Source of the DNA: an uncultured bacterium
Lineage (GTDB): Bacteria; Zixibacteria; MSB-5A5; CAIYYT01
Assembly (NCBI GenBank): GCA_963726455.1
Contig: CAVSCK010000005.1
Coordinates: forward strand, 224,001 to 288,000
DNA length: 64,000 bases
Direction: 5' to 3'
Shown: positions 19,686 through 28,748 of the stretch, piece by piece
How positions within the stretch are numbered: the stretch's first letter is position 1
Layout of the letters: every line of letters begins with the position of its first letter
The notes under the pieces: generated by a model
What the model saw: only the letters and a program-made list of their open reading frames with translations
Databases searched by the model: none
Told to the model about the DNA's origin: nothing
Translations under genes and position numbers: made by a program

Positions 19686-20633
19686 ATGTCTGACAGCTAC
19701 GATGTCGTTGTGATCGGTGCGGGGCCGGTCGGCTTGTATGCCGGTTTTTTTGCCGCGCAGAACGGACTTCGCGCGGCCATCGTCGATGCTCAGCCGGAAG
19801 TCGGCGGGCAGCTAACGTCACTCTATCCGCAGAAATTCATATTTGATGTTGCCGGTTATCCTCAGGTGCATGCGACCGAATTAGTGGACGAATTGAAACG
19901 ACAGACGCTGCAGTACAATGTGCCGACCTTTCTGAATTTCAAGGTAGCTGCGTTGACTTCTGATAGCCGCGGTTGTGCAGTTAAAGCCGAAGATGGCCGC
20001 GAAGTGCACGGCAGATTCACCCTGGTGGCGGCCGGTTCGGGAATGATTGTGCCGCGCAAGTTGGAGCTGGCTGACGCAGAGAAGTATCTTGGCCGAGGGC
20101 TCGAATATGTGGTACAGAACATAGAGGACTATCGCGGCAGGAAGGTACTTATCATCGGGGGCGGAGATACGGCGCTCGATTGGGCGAATTATCTCGTTGA
20201 TGTAGCCACACATGTGACTTTGATTCATCGGTCCGAAAGATTTGTCGGTTTCGAGGGCTCCCTGCAACGATTACAGCAGACCTCATGCGATATCTTCACC
20301 AATACGCGACTGATTTCCGTCTCGGGCGCGGACGTCGTACGGGGGGTCGTTATCGCGAACGAAACAGAACATTGGAGCAAAGAACTGGAAATTAATCGGA
20401 TATTGGGCTGTATCGGTTTCACACCAAAGCTCGGATTCATCAAAGCTGCCGGATTCGAGGTGGCGGAAGGTTCGATTCGCGCCGACGCCAGCATGCGCAC
20501 CAATATCGATAACGTTTATGCCGTCGGTGATATCGCCAATCATCCGGGGCGAATCAAGCTGATCTCGACCGGCTTCGGCAACGTGCAGATCGCCGTGCAC
20601 GATATTCTCAGGCGAATCCATCCGACCGACTAA
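19686..20633 (+). CDS. Ferredoxin--NADP+ reductase, thioredoxin-reductase-like (YumC type)
   Basis: GAGPVG; GGQLTSLYPQKFIFDVAG (YumC signature); GGGDTALDWA; no CxxC; AVGDI. Confidence 0.88.
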   Translation: MSDSYDVVVIGAGPVGLYAGFFAAQNGLRAAIVDAQPEVGGQLTSLYPQKFIFDVAGYPQVHATELVDELKRQTLQYNVPTFLNFKVAALTSDSRGCAVKAEDGREVHGRFTLVAAGSGMIVPRKLELADAEKYLGRGLEYVVQNIEDYRGRKVLIIGGGDTALDWANYLVDVATHVTLIHRSERFVGFEGSLQRLQQTSCDIFTNTRLISVSGADVVRGVVIANETEHWSKELEINRILGCIGFTPKLGFIKAAGFEVAEGSIRADASMRTNIDNVYAVGDIANHPGRIKLISTGFGNVQIAVHDILRRIHPTD

Positions 20634-20709
20634 ACAACTTCGCATTCTGCGTTGGATCCACACAGCCCGCAATCACCCGACATCGTCGGCTATTATCTGC
20701 ATTTAATAT

Positions 20710-20738
20710 TTGTCAAACTGGCGCGTCTTCTGTATCAT
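20710..20738 (+). promoter_or_regulatory. Sigma-70-type promoter TTGTCA-N17-TATCAT with extended TG
   Basis: Near-consensus elements upstream of 20813. Confidence 0.5.
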
Positions 20739-20812
20739 AATGCCATTCGAAAGACGGACGAGCGTATTGTTCAGAAAGCCAGAATATTCCCATTTCATGA
20801 GCGGAGGTCAAA

Positions 20813-21829
20813 ATGCAGCGTAAGCTTCTAGCAGCAGTATTATTGTTGGCATTGGTAGTGGTTATGTTTGCAGGTTGCAGCAAGAACTGTGCGACTTGCC
20901 CGGGTAAACCGGCGGTATTGTATCTCAACAAGCATAAGATCGACTTCGGCGCCAGCGGTTTGACATCATCGTTTACGATCAGCAACAAAGGCGAACAGGC
21001 ACTCAATTGGACGGTAACAGTCAACGGCGGTAATTGGCTGAGTGTTTCCGACGCGTCCGGCTCCAACAATGCGACGATAACCTGTACGGCAGCACGCGCT
21101 TCGGTAACGGCACTCGGCATATCGCATGCGTCGATTGTAGTCAGTGCTCCGGGTGCCGCCAATACTACAACCGACAGTATCGAGGTTTACCTTCTCAACT
21201 CCGGCGCCTGGGTGATCCTCGATTCGGGTACGTTCGACAGTTGCGCGGTGCCAACGGCTGACGATTATTATTGGGTCAAACAGTTCGAGCTTCCTGCGGG
21301 AGCAGATGCCATCATGATTGATTCGATCAGCTTCAACTTCTGCGGTGGCGGCGAGGATATTCAGTTGCTCGCCTATGATTTCACGACGAGCCCGCCCCCC
21401 AACCCCGTGCAGTACCCAGGTAGTCTGCTGTACGTCTCGACACCGCCTTACTTCACGACTGAAGCCGGCTGGAATACTTACGCGGTCAACTGGCATATTG
21501 AAAGCAATCCCTTCTATCTTGGCTTCTTCCAAATGGGAATGAATCAGCCGAGTATTCAGATCGACCTTTCTCCGCTCGATACCGACACCACCGGGTGCTG
21601 GACGGCGCGAGATCAGAATCCCAACCCGGATTCCGTATCATTGGCGTGGTATGAGGAAGGTGTCTCCAAGACGTTCGCCGTCAGGGCACACATCTCCCCG
21701 GTATTCCAGTACCTGGTCAAACAGGCCGCGGGTGCATCGGATATGGAAATTCGGACGGCTCTGGAGGCGAGCTACCGTCTGAAAGGAAGTCAGCTACAGA
21801 GCATCGGGCCGTTGCCGCTGCAACAGTAG
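20813..21829 (+). CDS. Lipoprotein with BACON/Ig-like domain
   Basis: GGAGG RBS; lipobox FAG|C; FTISNKGEQALNWTV...WLSVS BACON-like segment. Confidence 0.75.
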   Translation: MQRKLLAAVLLLALVVVMFAGCSKNCATCPGKPAVLYLNKHKIDFGASGLTSSFTISNKGEQALNWTVTVNGGNWLSVSDASGSNNATITCTAARASVTALGISHASIVVSAPGAANTTTDSIEVYLLNSGAWVILDSGTFDSCAVPTADDYYWVKQFELPAGADAIMIDSISFNFCGGGEDIQLLAYDFTTSPPPNPVQYPGSLLYVSTPPYFTTEAGWNTYAVNWHIESNPFYLGFFQMGMNQPSIQIDLSPLDTDTTGCWTARDQNPNPDSVSLAWYEEGVSKTFAVRAHISPVFQYLVKQAAGASDMEIRTALEASYRLKGSQLQSIGPLPLQQ

Positions 21830-21888
21830 TTTGATCTTACACCTGTGACGGTGTTCCGATTGAGAAGATTGTCGCAGAAATAGAATAA

Positions 21889-21924
21889 GCGCCGTCAGGA
21901 AGTGGTTCCTGGCGGCGCCTTTTT
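21889..21924 (+). terminator. Intrinsic terminator
   Basis: GCGCCGTCAGGAA-GTGG-TTCCTGGCGGCGC followed by a T-run. Confidence 0.7.
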
Positions 21925-22178
21925 GCAGCATTCACGATGTTGCGCCGGTACCTGATTTCGCGCTGCTCTTTCGCAAGCCATTGATACAACTGATCCCCCA
22001 GCGCGAAATTGTGAACCGGCGCCATCTCAAGAGTGAGTGTAAGGAACTCTTGGGACAACCTCGAGGTTCCTGACGGCGTCTGGTTGCTGCACCGGTTGAA
22101 TCTTCCATACTCAAGTCGGGACCTATTGCGGTAACGATTTCACTTGCCAGTCGTGACCAAGAGGGCTAAGCTTAGGCC

Positions 22179-23534
22179 GTGCGGATTCTCTGGCGCTATG
22201 TGCTCAAGGAACATCTCGGACCGTTCCTCTTTGCCTTCTTCGTTGTAATTTTTGTCCTGATCCTCGACTTCATCCCCCAGATGCTCGATATGATCATCGG
22301 CAAGAACATCGCCACGTGGACGGTGGTAAAACTCGTCGTCTTCAACCTCGCCTGGATGCTGGCCTTGGCGGTACCGATGGCGGTGCTGGTCGGGACGCTG
22401 ATGGCGTTCGGACGACTGACCGGCGATCGCGAGATTCTGGCAATCAAGAGTCTGGGAATCGACATGGTGTCGCTGATGCTGCCGGTGATAATTGCGGCCA
22501 CTATGTTGGGCGCCGGATTGATCTGGTTCAACAACAATGTGCTGCCGGACGCCAACCACGCCGCCGCCAATTTGCGTTCGGACATCGGGCGATTGCGGCC
22601 AACCTTTCAATTGCGGCCGGGAGTATTTGTTAATGACATTCCGGGCTATGTCATTCTGGTAGATCAAGTGAATTACACGCGCTCAACAATCAAGGGCGTG
22701 GTGATTTATGACCGCACGAATCCAATGGTGAACCGAACGATCACCGCGGACAGCGGCGTAGTCGAGTATTCGCCGCAGGGGGAATCGGTCACGTTCAATT
22801 TGATGGACGGTCAAGTGCACGAACAGGACCTGGGAAAGAAGGACACCTACCGTCTGTCCGAATTCCATTCGCAAACCTTCAAAGTGATGGGACTGGACAC
22901 CCAGCTCAAGGAGACCAAGCAGGACTACCGTGGTGATCGGGAGATGTCGGCCACTGACTTACTTGACAGAGTGCACGGTTTCAAGCGTGAACTGGCGGAT
23001 TACGAAGGAGCGGTCATTCATGACACCGATTCATTGTTCGCCAATGTTCTGAGTGCGCCGACGAAAATAACGGAGAGGCAGGGACGTACCCCGGAGCAGT
23101 TTGAACGGGCGGCGGTGGGACAAGTGTATACTGAAAACATGCAGTTAAGCCGCCTGATGAAAACACGTAAATCGCAATTCTACACCAGCGTCAAGTCGAT
23201 CAATAAATACGACGTTGAAATTCACAAGAAGTACTCGTTGCCGGCGGCCTGCCTGGCGTTCATTCTGATCGGCGCGCCTCTGGGAGTGGCGAGCCGGCGC
23301 GGCAGTATGGCTATGTCGGTCGGAATTTCAATCGGCTTGTTCACGATCTATTGGGCATTTCTGATCGGCGGCGAACAGCTTGCCGACCGGTTGATTATTG
23401 CACCCTGGGTGGCGATGTGGGGCGCAAATATCCTGATGGTCATTGTCGGGCTGGTTCTGCTCTATTGGGTCAAGAGCGAACAGAGTTTTGCGGCGACGAT
23501 GCGTTCGATCTTCTGGCGGAGTAAGAGCGCGTGA
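22179..23534 (+). CDS. lptF: LPS export ABC transporter permease LptF
   Basis: LptF/G topology; GRLTGDREILAIKSLG; EIHKKYSLPAAC..IGAPLG; overlaps lptG. Confidence 0.88.
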   Translation: MRILWRYVLKEHLGPFLFAFFVVIFVLILDFIPQMLDMIIGKNIATWTVVKLVVFNLAWMLALAVPMAVLVGTLMAFGRLTGDREILAIKSLGIDMVSLMLPVIIAATMLGAGLIWFNNNVLPDANHAAANLRSDIGRLRPTFQLRPGVFVNDIPGYVILVDQVNYTRSTIKGVVIYDRTNPMVNRTITADSGVVEYSPQGESVTFNLMDGQVHEQDLGKKDTYRLSEFHSQTFKVMGLDTQLKETKQDYRGDREMSATDLLDRVHGFKRELADYEGAVIHDTDSLFANVLSAPTKITERQGRTPEQFERAAVGQVYTENMQLSRLMKTRKSQFYTSVKSINKYDVEIHKKYSLPAACLAFILIGAPLGVASRRGSMAMSVGISIGLFTIYWAFLIGGEQLADRLIIAPWVAMWGANILMVIVGLVLLYWVKSEQSFAATMRSIFWRSKSA

Positions 23535-24628
23535 ATATTCTTGACCGCTATCTTCTGAAGAGATTCTTCATCACGTTCATCGTGTCGATTTTCTGCTTTA
23601 TCCTGATTTTCGATCTGGTCAACCTGGTCGAGCGGCTCGGTGACTTCTTGGAAGTTGGCGCGTCGTTTACCGACGTGTTCATGTACTATTTCTATTTCAC
23701 GCCGTTCATCGTGGTGCTCACCTGCCCGATTGCAACGCTGTTGGCCTCGATATTTTCCATCGGTTTGCTGGCGCGCGGCAACGAGCTCCTGGCGATGAAG
23801 GCGGCCGGTGTGTCGTTGTATCACATCGTGGCGACGCTGGTATTCGCTGGCATTCTGATAACCGGCGGCCTGTGGGTATTCGGCGAGATGATCCTGCCGG
23901 AGTCGAATAACCGCAAGAACGTCATCGAAACGCAGGAACTGCAGAAGCGTCCTTCCGAAAATGCAGCAGTCTATCATAACCAGATGTTTCAGGGATTGCA
24001 CGGACGCATATTCCAGTTCTCGAACTATATCACGCGATCGGCAACGGGCGAGGATGTTATTATTCAGAGCTTCAACGGTAACAAACTTAGACAGGTTGTA
24101 ACGGCCAAGCGTTTCGTCTGGAAGGATACGGTTTGGGAAGGAAGCGATGTGACGGTCAGGGACTTCGGCGATTTTGAAGCCGATCCGGAGCCGATCAAAA
24201 CGGAAACGCATGCCACGCTGTCCTTTCCTGATTTCCGAGAACGGCCGAGCTACTTCGAGGACTGGTTCAGCAGGCAGGATCCGTTGTCGATGGACTACTT
24301 CAAGTTGAAAAAGTTCATATCCGTCAGTCGGGCGCTCGGGAAGGACGTTTCTTCGCAAATGGTAGATTTGTATAACAAGGTCGCGTTCCCGTTTATCAAC
24401 ATCATCATCATAATCATCGGCGTGTCGCTGGCCTCCAATCCGAGGCGCAGCGGTCTGGGTATCAGTTTCGGTGTCTCGATGGCGATATCATTCGTGTTCT
24501 ACACGTGCGTGAAAATAGCGATTGAGTTTGGCCATGAAGGCACAATTTCTCCGATCCTGGCGGCCTGGGGCACCAACGGAGTCTTCATGCTGATTGGCCT
24601 GATACTCCTGATCAAGACACCGAAATAA
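23531..24628 (+). CDS. lptG: LPS export ABC transporter permease LptG
   Basis: MNILDRYL..F; NELLAMKAAGVS; ISPILAAW. Confidence 0.88.
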   Translation: MNILDRYLLKRFFITFIVSIFCFILIFDLVNLVERLGDFLEVGASFTDVFMYYFYFTPFIVVLTCPIATLLASIFSIGLLARGNELLAMKAAGVSLYHIVATLVFAGILITGGLWVFGEMILPESNNRKNVIETQELQKRPSENAAVYHNQMFQGLHGRIFQFSNYITRSATGEDVIIQSFNGNKLRQVVTAKRFVWKDTVWEGSDVTVRDFGDFEADPEPIKTETHATLSFPDFRERPSYFEDWFSRQDPLSMDYFKLKKFISVSRALGKDVSSQMVDLYNKVAFPFINIIIIIIGVSLASNPRRSGLGISFGVSMAISFVFYTCVKIAIEFGHEGTISPILAAWGTNGVFMLIGLILLIKTPK

Positions 24629-24699
24629 TACAGCTCTGTCACTTCCCAATCGATTCCCTGCTCGCGTCACTCCTCCTAATGACACATTCCTGCCTGTAC

Positions 24700-26001
24700 C
24701 TATCTAACAATGTGCGTGCGAAACGGCGTCGCGCTGTTGCTATCGAAAGTAAACACCGCCGCGCCTGTGAAAGTGCTCTCTCCAGTATCAGCGTGTGCTT
24801 GCGACAGCCATCCGCCGGTGTTGTAGACAGTCACGGGTTGGCCGGCTCCCAATTGAAGTCTCGGAGCGTTGTTGTCACCCCATGATGTCGGCTGATGCGT
24901 GTGGCCCAGGATTATGTATTGCGGCGTCGGGATGTTGAGCGCCAGTTGCTGATTAATTTTGACAATCTCCCGCAAGCTCGCCTGATAGAATCGCGCCAGT
25001 CGTTCGAGAGTTCCCTTGTCGCCCAGAAATTCGGCATTGTACCGCGAAACCGGCAACTCACGCAATTTCCGCAGCAGCCAGTGTTTGCCATACGCCGAGG
25101 CGGCATCACGGATCGCTTCCTCGGGATCGATAATCGAGCGTGCCGGAGTCAGTCGGTCGATCGTGTTGTCCAGGTTGTCGAGATAGCGTTCAACTCGTCC
25201 CAGACGGCCATGCTGAACCTCCTGAACCAGAGTCTGGATTGCTTTTGACAGCAGTCCCGACTGTCCGACACCGGAACAGGCAAGCTGTCCGAGTGGGAAG
25301 TTTAGTGCCACCAGATCGGCAAGATCGAGCGCGTCGCGGTCCGGCAAATCCCCGCCGGCGATCTGGGGCGCCCACTCGCTTGCGAGTGACCAGTACGAAT
25401 CAAGATAATGGCCATGAGTCAGAAGCACGCTGAACTCGTCGGTCACCAGATATGCGTTGGGATATGCCAACACGAACGGCGTGTCGAAGCCGCTGCCATC
25501 CTCGTTTCGGGTGAGCTTGTCGATAAACATGCCACCGTAACCGGTCGGTAGCGAGGGATCGCGATTGATGCCGAGCAAATGCAGAAACTCTCCTGACCGC
25601 TCTTTGCGCGCGTTGATAATGGCTGGAACGGAGAAGCGAAAAGGTCGCGGCGGACGTCCGTTGTTGATGCGGCGGACGATATTGACATCATATTCATAGA
25701 AGTGCCAGATATCGAAATCATGGTTGCCGGGTATATACAGAATCTGCCGCGCGATCTTGTCCTGCTGAATCTGTCGGAAGAACGCTTTGCCGACAGCCAA
25801 TGCCTCAGCATAGGACGCCATCGAAAAATCGAAAATGTCGCCGAGCAGAATCAGAAGATCGTTGTCCTGGCCGGCCGCCTCACGAAAGGCGTCGTAACAA
25901 GGACCGAGAGTCGACTGCTTATCGGCCTTAGTCACAGCAAGGGCGGCCAGTTGACTCAGAGGGTCGCCGAAATGGGTGTCGGAAATTATGGCAAGTCGCA
26001 T
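24700..26001 (-). CDS. Calcineurin-like metallophosphoesterase
   Basis: All five motifs present: SDTH, GDIFD, GNHD, THGH, GHTH. Confidence 0.88.
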   Translation of the reverse strand: MRLAIISDTHFGDPLSQLAALAVTKADKQSTLGPCYDAFREAAGQDNDLLILLGDIFDFSMASYAEALAVGKAFFRQIQQDKIARQILYIPGNHDFDIWHFYEYDVNIVRRINNGRPPRPFRFSVPAIINARKERSGEFLHLLGINRDPSLPTGYGGMFIDKLTRNEDGSGFDTPFVLAYPNAYLVTDEFSVLLTHGHYLDSYWSLASEWAPQIAGGDLPDRDALDLADLVALNFPLGQLACSGVGQSGLLSKAIQTLVQEVQHGRLGRVERYLDNLDNTIDRLTPARSIIDPEEAIRDAASAYGKHWLLRKLRELPVSRYNAEFLGDKGTLERLARFYQASLREIVKINQQLALNIPTPQYIILGHTHQPTSWGDNNAPRLQLGAGQPVTVYNTGGWLSQAHADTGESTFTGAAVFTFDSNSATPFRTHIVR

Positions 26002-26128
26002 TTGGAGTGAATCCTCCCTTCTCTACTTATACCAGCCATCGAAACGTATACTCAGATGGCTTCGTTTAAAATCGGGGGTATAACGAGATTCGGCTTGTAG
26101 CAATTGATATACCATCTATATTTGCCGC

Positions 26129-26696
26129 ATGGTGGCAATCTTTGCAAAGAAGGAGGCACAACCTGCGACCGAAACGCAACTTGCAGAACTTTACGTGAGT
26201 GGCGAAAAGACGGTCTACAAGCAGGTCGACCGCTGGATCAGCCAGGTGACCAACCTTTCTGTCTGGCATTTTATCGATGACGTCGAGGATGTCAACTGCG
26301 TGGTGCATCTCAAGCTGTTTTCAGGACTTAGGACCGGGCGCTTTCGCGGGGAATCGACGTTTCGCACCTATGTTCAGCGGATTACGCGATACACCTGCAT
26401 CGATCAGGTTAGAAGCCAACGGGTTGAGCGCGAGGTCGATCCCGGCGATCTGCCTATGCCGTCAGAAGAGCTGGCGACCGGATGAGATTCAGGAGCAGGC
26501 CGAGGAACGAAAGATTTTCCTGAGAATTTTCCGTGCGATCGGTCCGGAATGCCAGAAAATATGGCGGTTAGTGTTCTCCGAGTCGTTGAACTACAAGGAG
26601 ATAGGCGAGAAACTGCGACTGCCTGAGGGTACCGTCAAACGCAAGGTACATGAGTGCAAGAAGATGGCGATAGAGTTGAAAGAGAAGCTGATTTAG
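26129..26696 (+). CDS. ECF sigma factor; apparent +1 frameshift near 26474
   Basis: Region 2 (FRGESTFRTYVQRITRYTCID) is in ORF 26129-26485 and region 4 (LNYKEIGEKLRLPEGTVKRKV) is in ORF 26277-26696. Confidence 0.85.
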
Positions 26697-26748
26697 TTGA
26701 ACCGTCGGTATCCTGAAGCGACAGTATGGTCGAAAGGAGACCTCTGCC

Positions 26749-27631
26749 ATGAGCCAGAATGAGAATGTAAGCGACCTGATTCCGCTCCTTGTTCAGGGCA
26801 AACTCGCCGAGTCGGAACAGAAGGCGGTTCTTGATCAAATCAGCCGATCGCCCGAATTGCAGCAGGAGTATGAGCTCTGGCAAGGAATCTATAGTATTCG
26901 CCGGGAGCTCGTGCGGTTTGATGCATCCGAGCATCCGTTGCCGGAGACTCTTGACCGATTCGCACAGGAAAAGATCAACAAACTCAGCGGGGAATATTCC
27001 GAAATCGCCGCGCATCTGCAAAGTTGTCCGTCGTGCACAGAGGATGTTGAGCTTATTGCGTCAGGCAATCAAACAAATCCCCGAGGAAGCGTTGAAGACA
27101 GCGCCACAATCCAGCGGCGCCTGGTTGCAGTCGATATTCGGAATGCGTGCGCCACGAATGAGAGCGCTGGCTCCGGTGCTGTCGTTCCTGGTGATCGTGA
27201 TCGGACTCTTCCTGATCTTCCAAAGAACCGGCGAACAGGGCGACATCGCGACGATCCTGCTCAAACCGCAGTTCGAGAAACGTAGCGTGACCGATACTCG
27301 CCACGTCCCGGAGATGCAGGTATTTCTAAAGCAGAGCACCAGCAAAGTGATATTCGAATTCTCGACCGACCGCCTTGAGGTTCCGGAGTACAAGTACGTT
27401 ATCGATCTGACCCCGCGCGCCGGAAGCTCGATGGCGCTGAGCACATCCGATGTTGCCTGCACTACGACGCAATTGACGAACCAGTGCGAATTGACAGTGA
27501 CTGACGCTGGTGTGTTGAATCAACTCAAGCAGGGTGGTAGTTTTTCGCTGTCGATTAAAGAGCAGTTCCCGACGGGTGTACAGCTGGAACCGGCGGAATA
27601 CGAATACTATTTCCGAGTTACGTTGAAATAG
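26749..27631 (+). CDS. Anti-sigma factor (zinc-finger HxxxCxxC, TM helix, periplasmic domain); apparent +1 frameshift near 27056
   Basis: AGGAG RBS; HLQSCPSC ZAS motif in the first frame; TM and C-terminal domain in the second frame; directly downstream of the ECF gene. Confidence 0.8.
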
Positions 27632-27787
27632 ACTCGCTACTTACTCAGTCCTATTCTTGACCAGCCAAGAGCATTCCCTCACAGTTGACGTGAAACCGCG
27701 ATCGCTTTTACGGCGCCGCTCCAGATCATGATCTTGCGAATCGGTTTGCAGGTTAGTTAGGATGGAAGCAGTAAGCACTCGAATTAG

Positions 27788-28660
27788 CTACTGCCGCTCG
27801 CTGTAGAATTTCCGCAGGATAGCCAGGTTCTTCTTGTCGGAATCGTAGTTCTCCCCCTCCTTCGGGGTTTCGAGGAGCTTGGGGATATTGTCCAGCCGTT
27901 CGTCCTGCATGATGAACTTAAACGCATCTTTGCCGATTTCGCCATTGCCAATGTGGGTATGGCGATCGACGCGCGAGCCGAGGGGTTTGATCGAGTCGTT
28001 GAGATGGATGACCCTGAGATATTTGAAACCGATTGTCTTCTTGAAAGCAGCCAGCGTGGCTTCATAGGTGTCCTGCGTGCGAATGTCGTATCCGGCGGCG
28101 AAAATATGGCAGGTATCGACACACACGCTGATGCGATTCTTGTTCTCGACGCCGTCAATCATAGCCGCGATCTGCTCGAATTTGAATCCCAAATGCGAAC
28201 CCTGGCCGGCAGTACATTCGAGGGCGATGCGGGTCTTGGCATCAGGTGTCTTGTCGGTGCAGTGGTTGAGCGATGCGATAATCTTCTTCATCCCGTATTC
28301 TTCGCCCTGATCGAGCGGCGAGCCGGGGTGCAGCACGAGATCGGCAATCTTAAGTTTATCCGCACGCTCTATTTCCTCGATCAACCCCGCAAGCGAACGC
28401 TGATAGATGCCGTCATCCGGCGCGGCGATGTTGATGAGATATCCGGTATGCGCGACCACAGGTGAGATACCGGATTCCTTTTGCGCCGCGAGAAACGTCT
28501 CGGCGTCCTCGTCGGAAATATGCTTGGCTTTCCACTGGTTGGAATTCCGCGTGAATATTTGCAGCGCCGTGCAGCCGGTATTGACGCCATGCTCGATGGC
28601 ATTCTGCAGGCCGCCCGATATTGACATGTGCGCCCCCAGCAGGAGTCTACCTTTAGCCAT
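27788..28660 (-). CDS. nfo: Endonuclease IV
   Basis: LGAHMSISGG, QIFTRN, VLHPGS, LECTAGQG, VDTCHIFAAGYD, HLNDS, DRHTHIG.G, LETP; start moved to ATG 28660. Confidence 0.96.
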   Translation of the reverse strand: MAKGRLLLGAHMSISGGLQNAIEHGVNTGCTALQIFTRNSNQWKAKHISDEDAETFLAAQKESGISPVVAHTGYLINIAAPDDGIYQRSLAGLIEEIERADKLKIADLVLHPGSPLDQGEEYGMKKIIASLNHCTDKTPDAKTRIALECTAGQGSHLGFKFEQIAAMIDGVENKNRISVCVDTCHIFAAGYDIRTQDTYEATLAAFKKTIGFKYLRVIHLNDSIKPLGSRVDRHTHIGNGEIGKDAFKFIMQDERLDNIPKLLETPKEGENYDSDKKNLAILRKFYSERQ

Positions 28661-28748
28661 TATTTGCGTCCCTCTTTCACTCTTATCAAGACTCTTCACC
28701 GCCATGATATTGGTACGTCGAATCCGCGCAGTTCGCAGCCCGGATGAA

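Noticed and set aside
21837-22114. Short minus-strand ORFs (73 aa and 60 aa)
   Set aside because: No clear RBS or motif; they run through repeat and terminator sequence.
26460-27070. Programmed frameshifting or phase variation in the ECF/anti-sigma pair
   Set aside because: There is no slippery heptamer or homopolymer tract, and the same +1 pattern occurs in unrelated genes.
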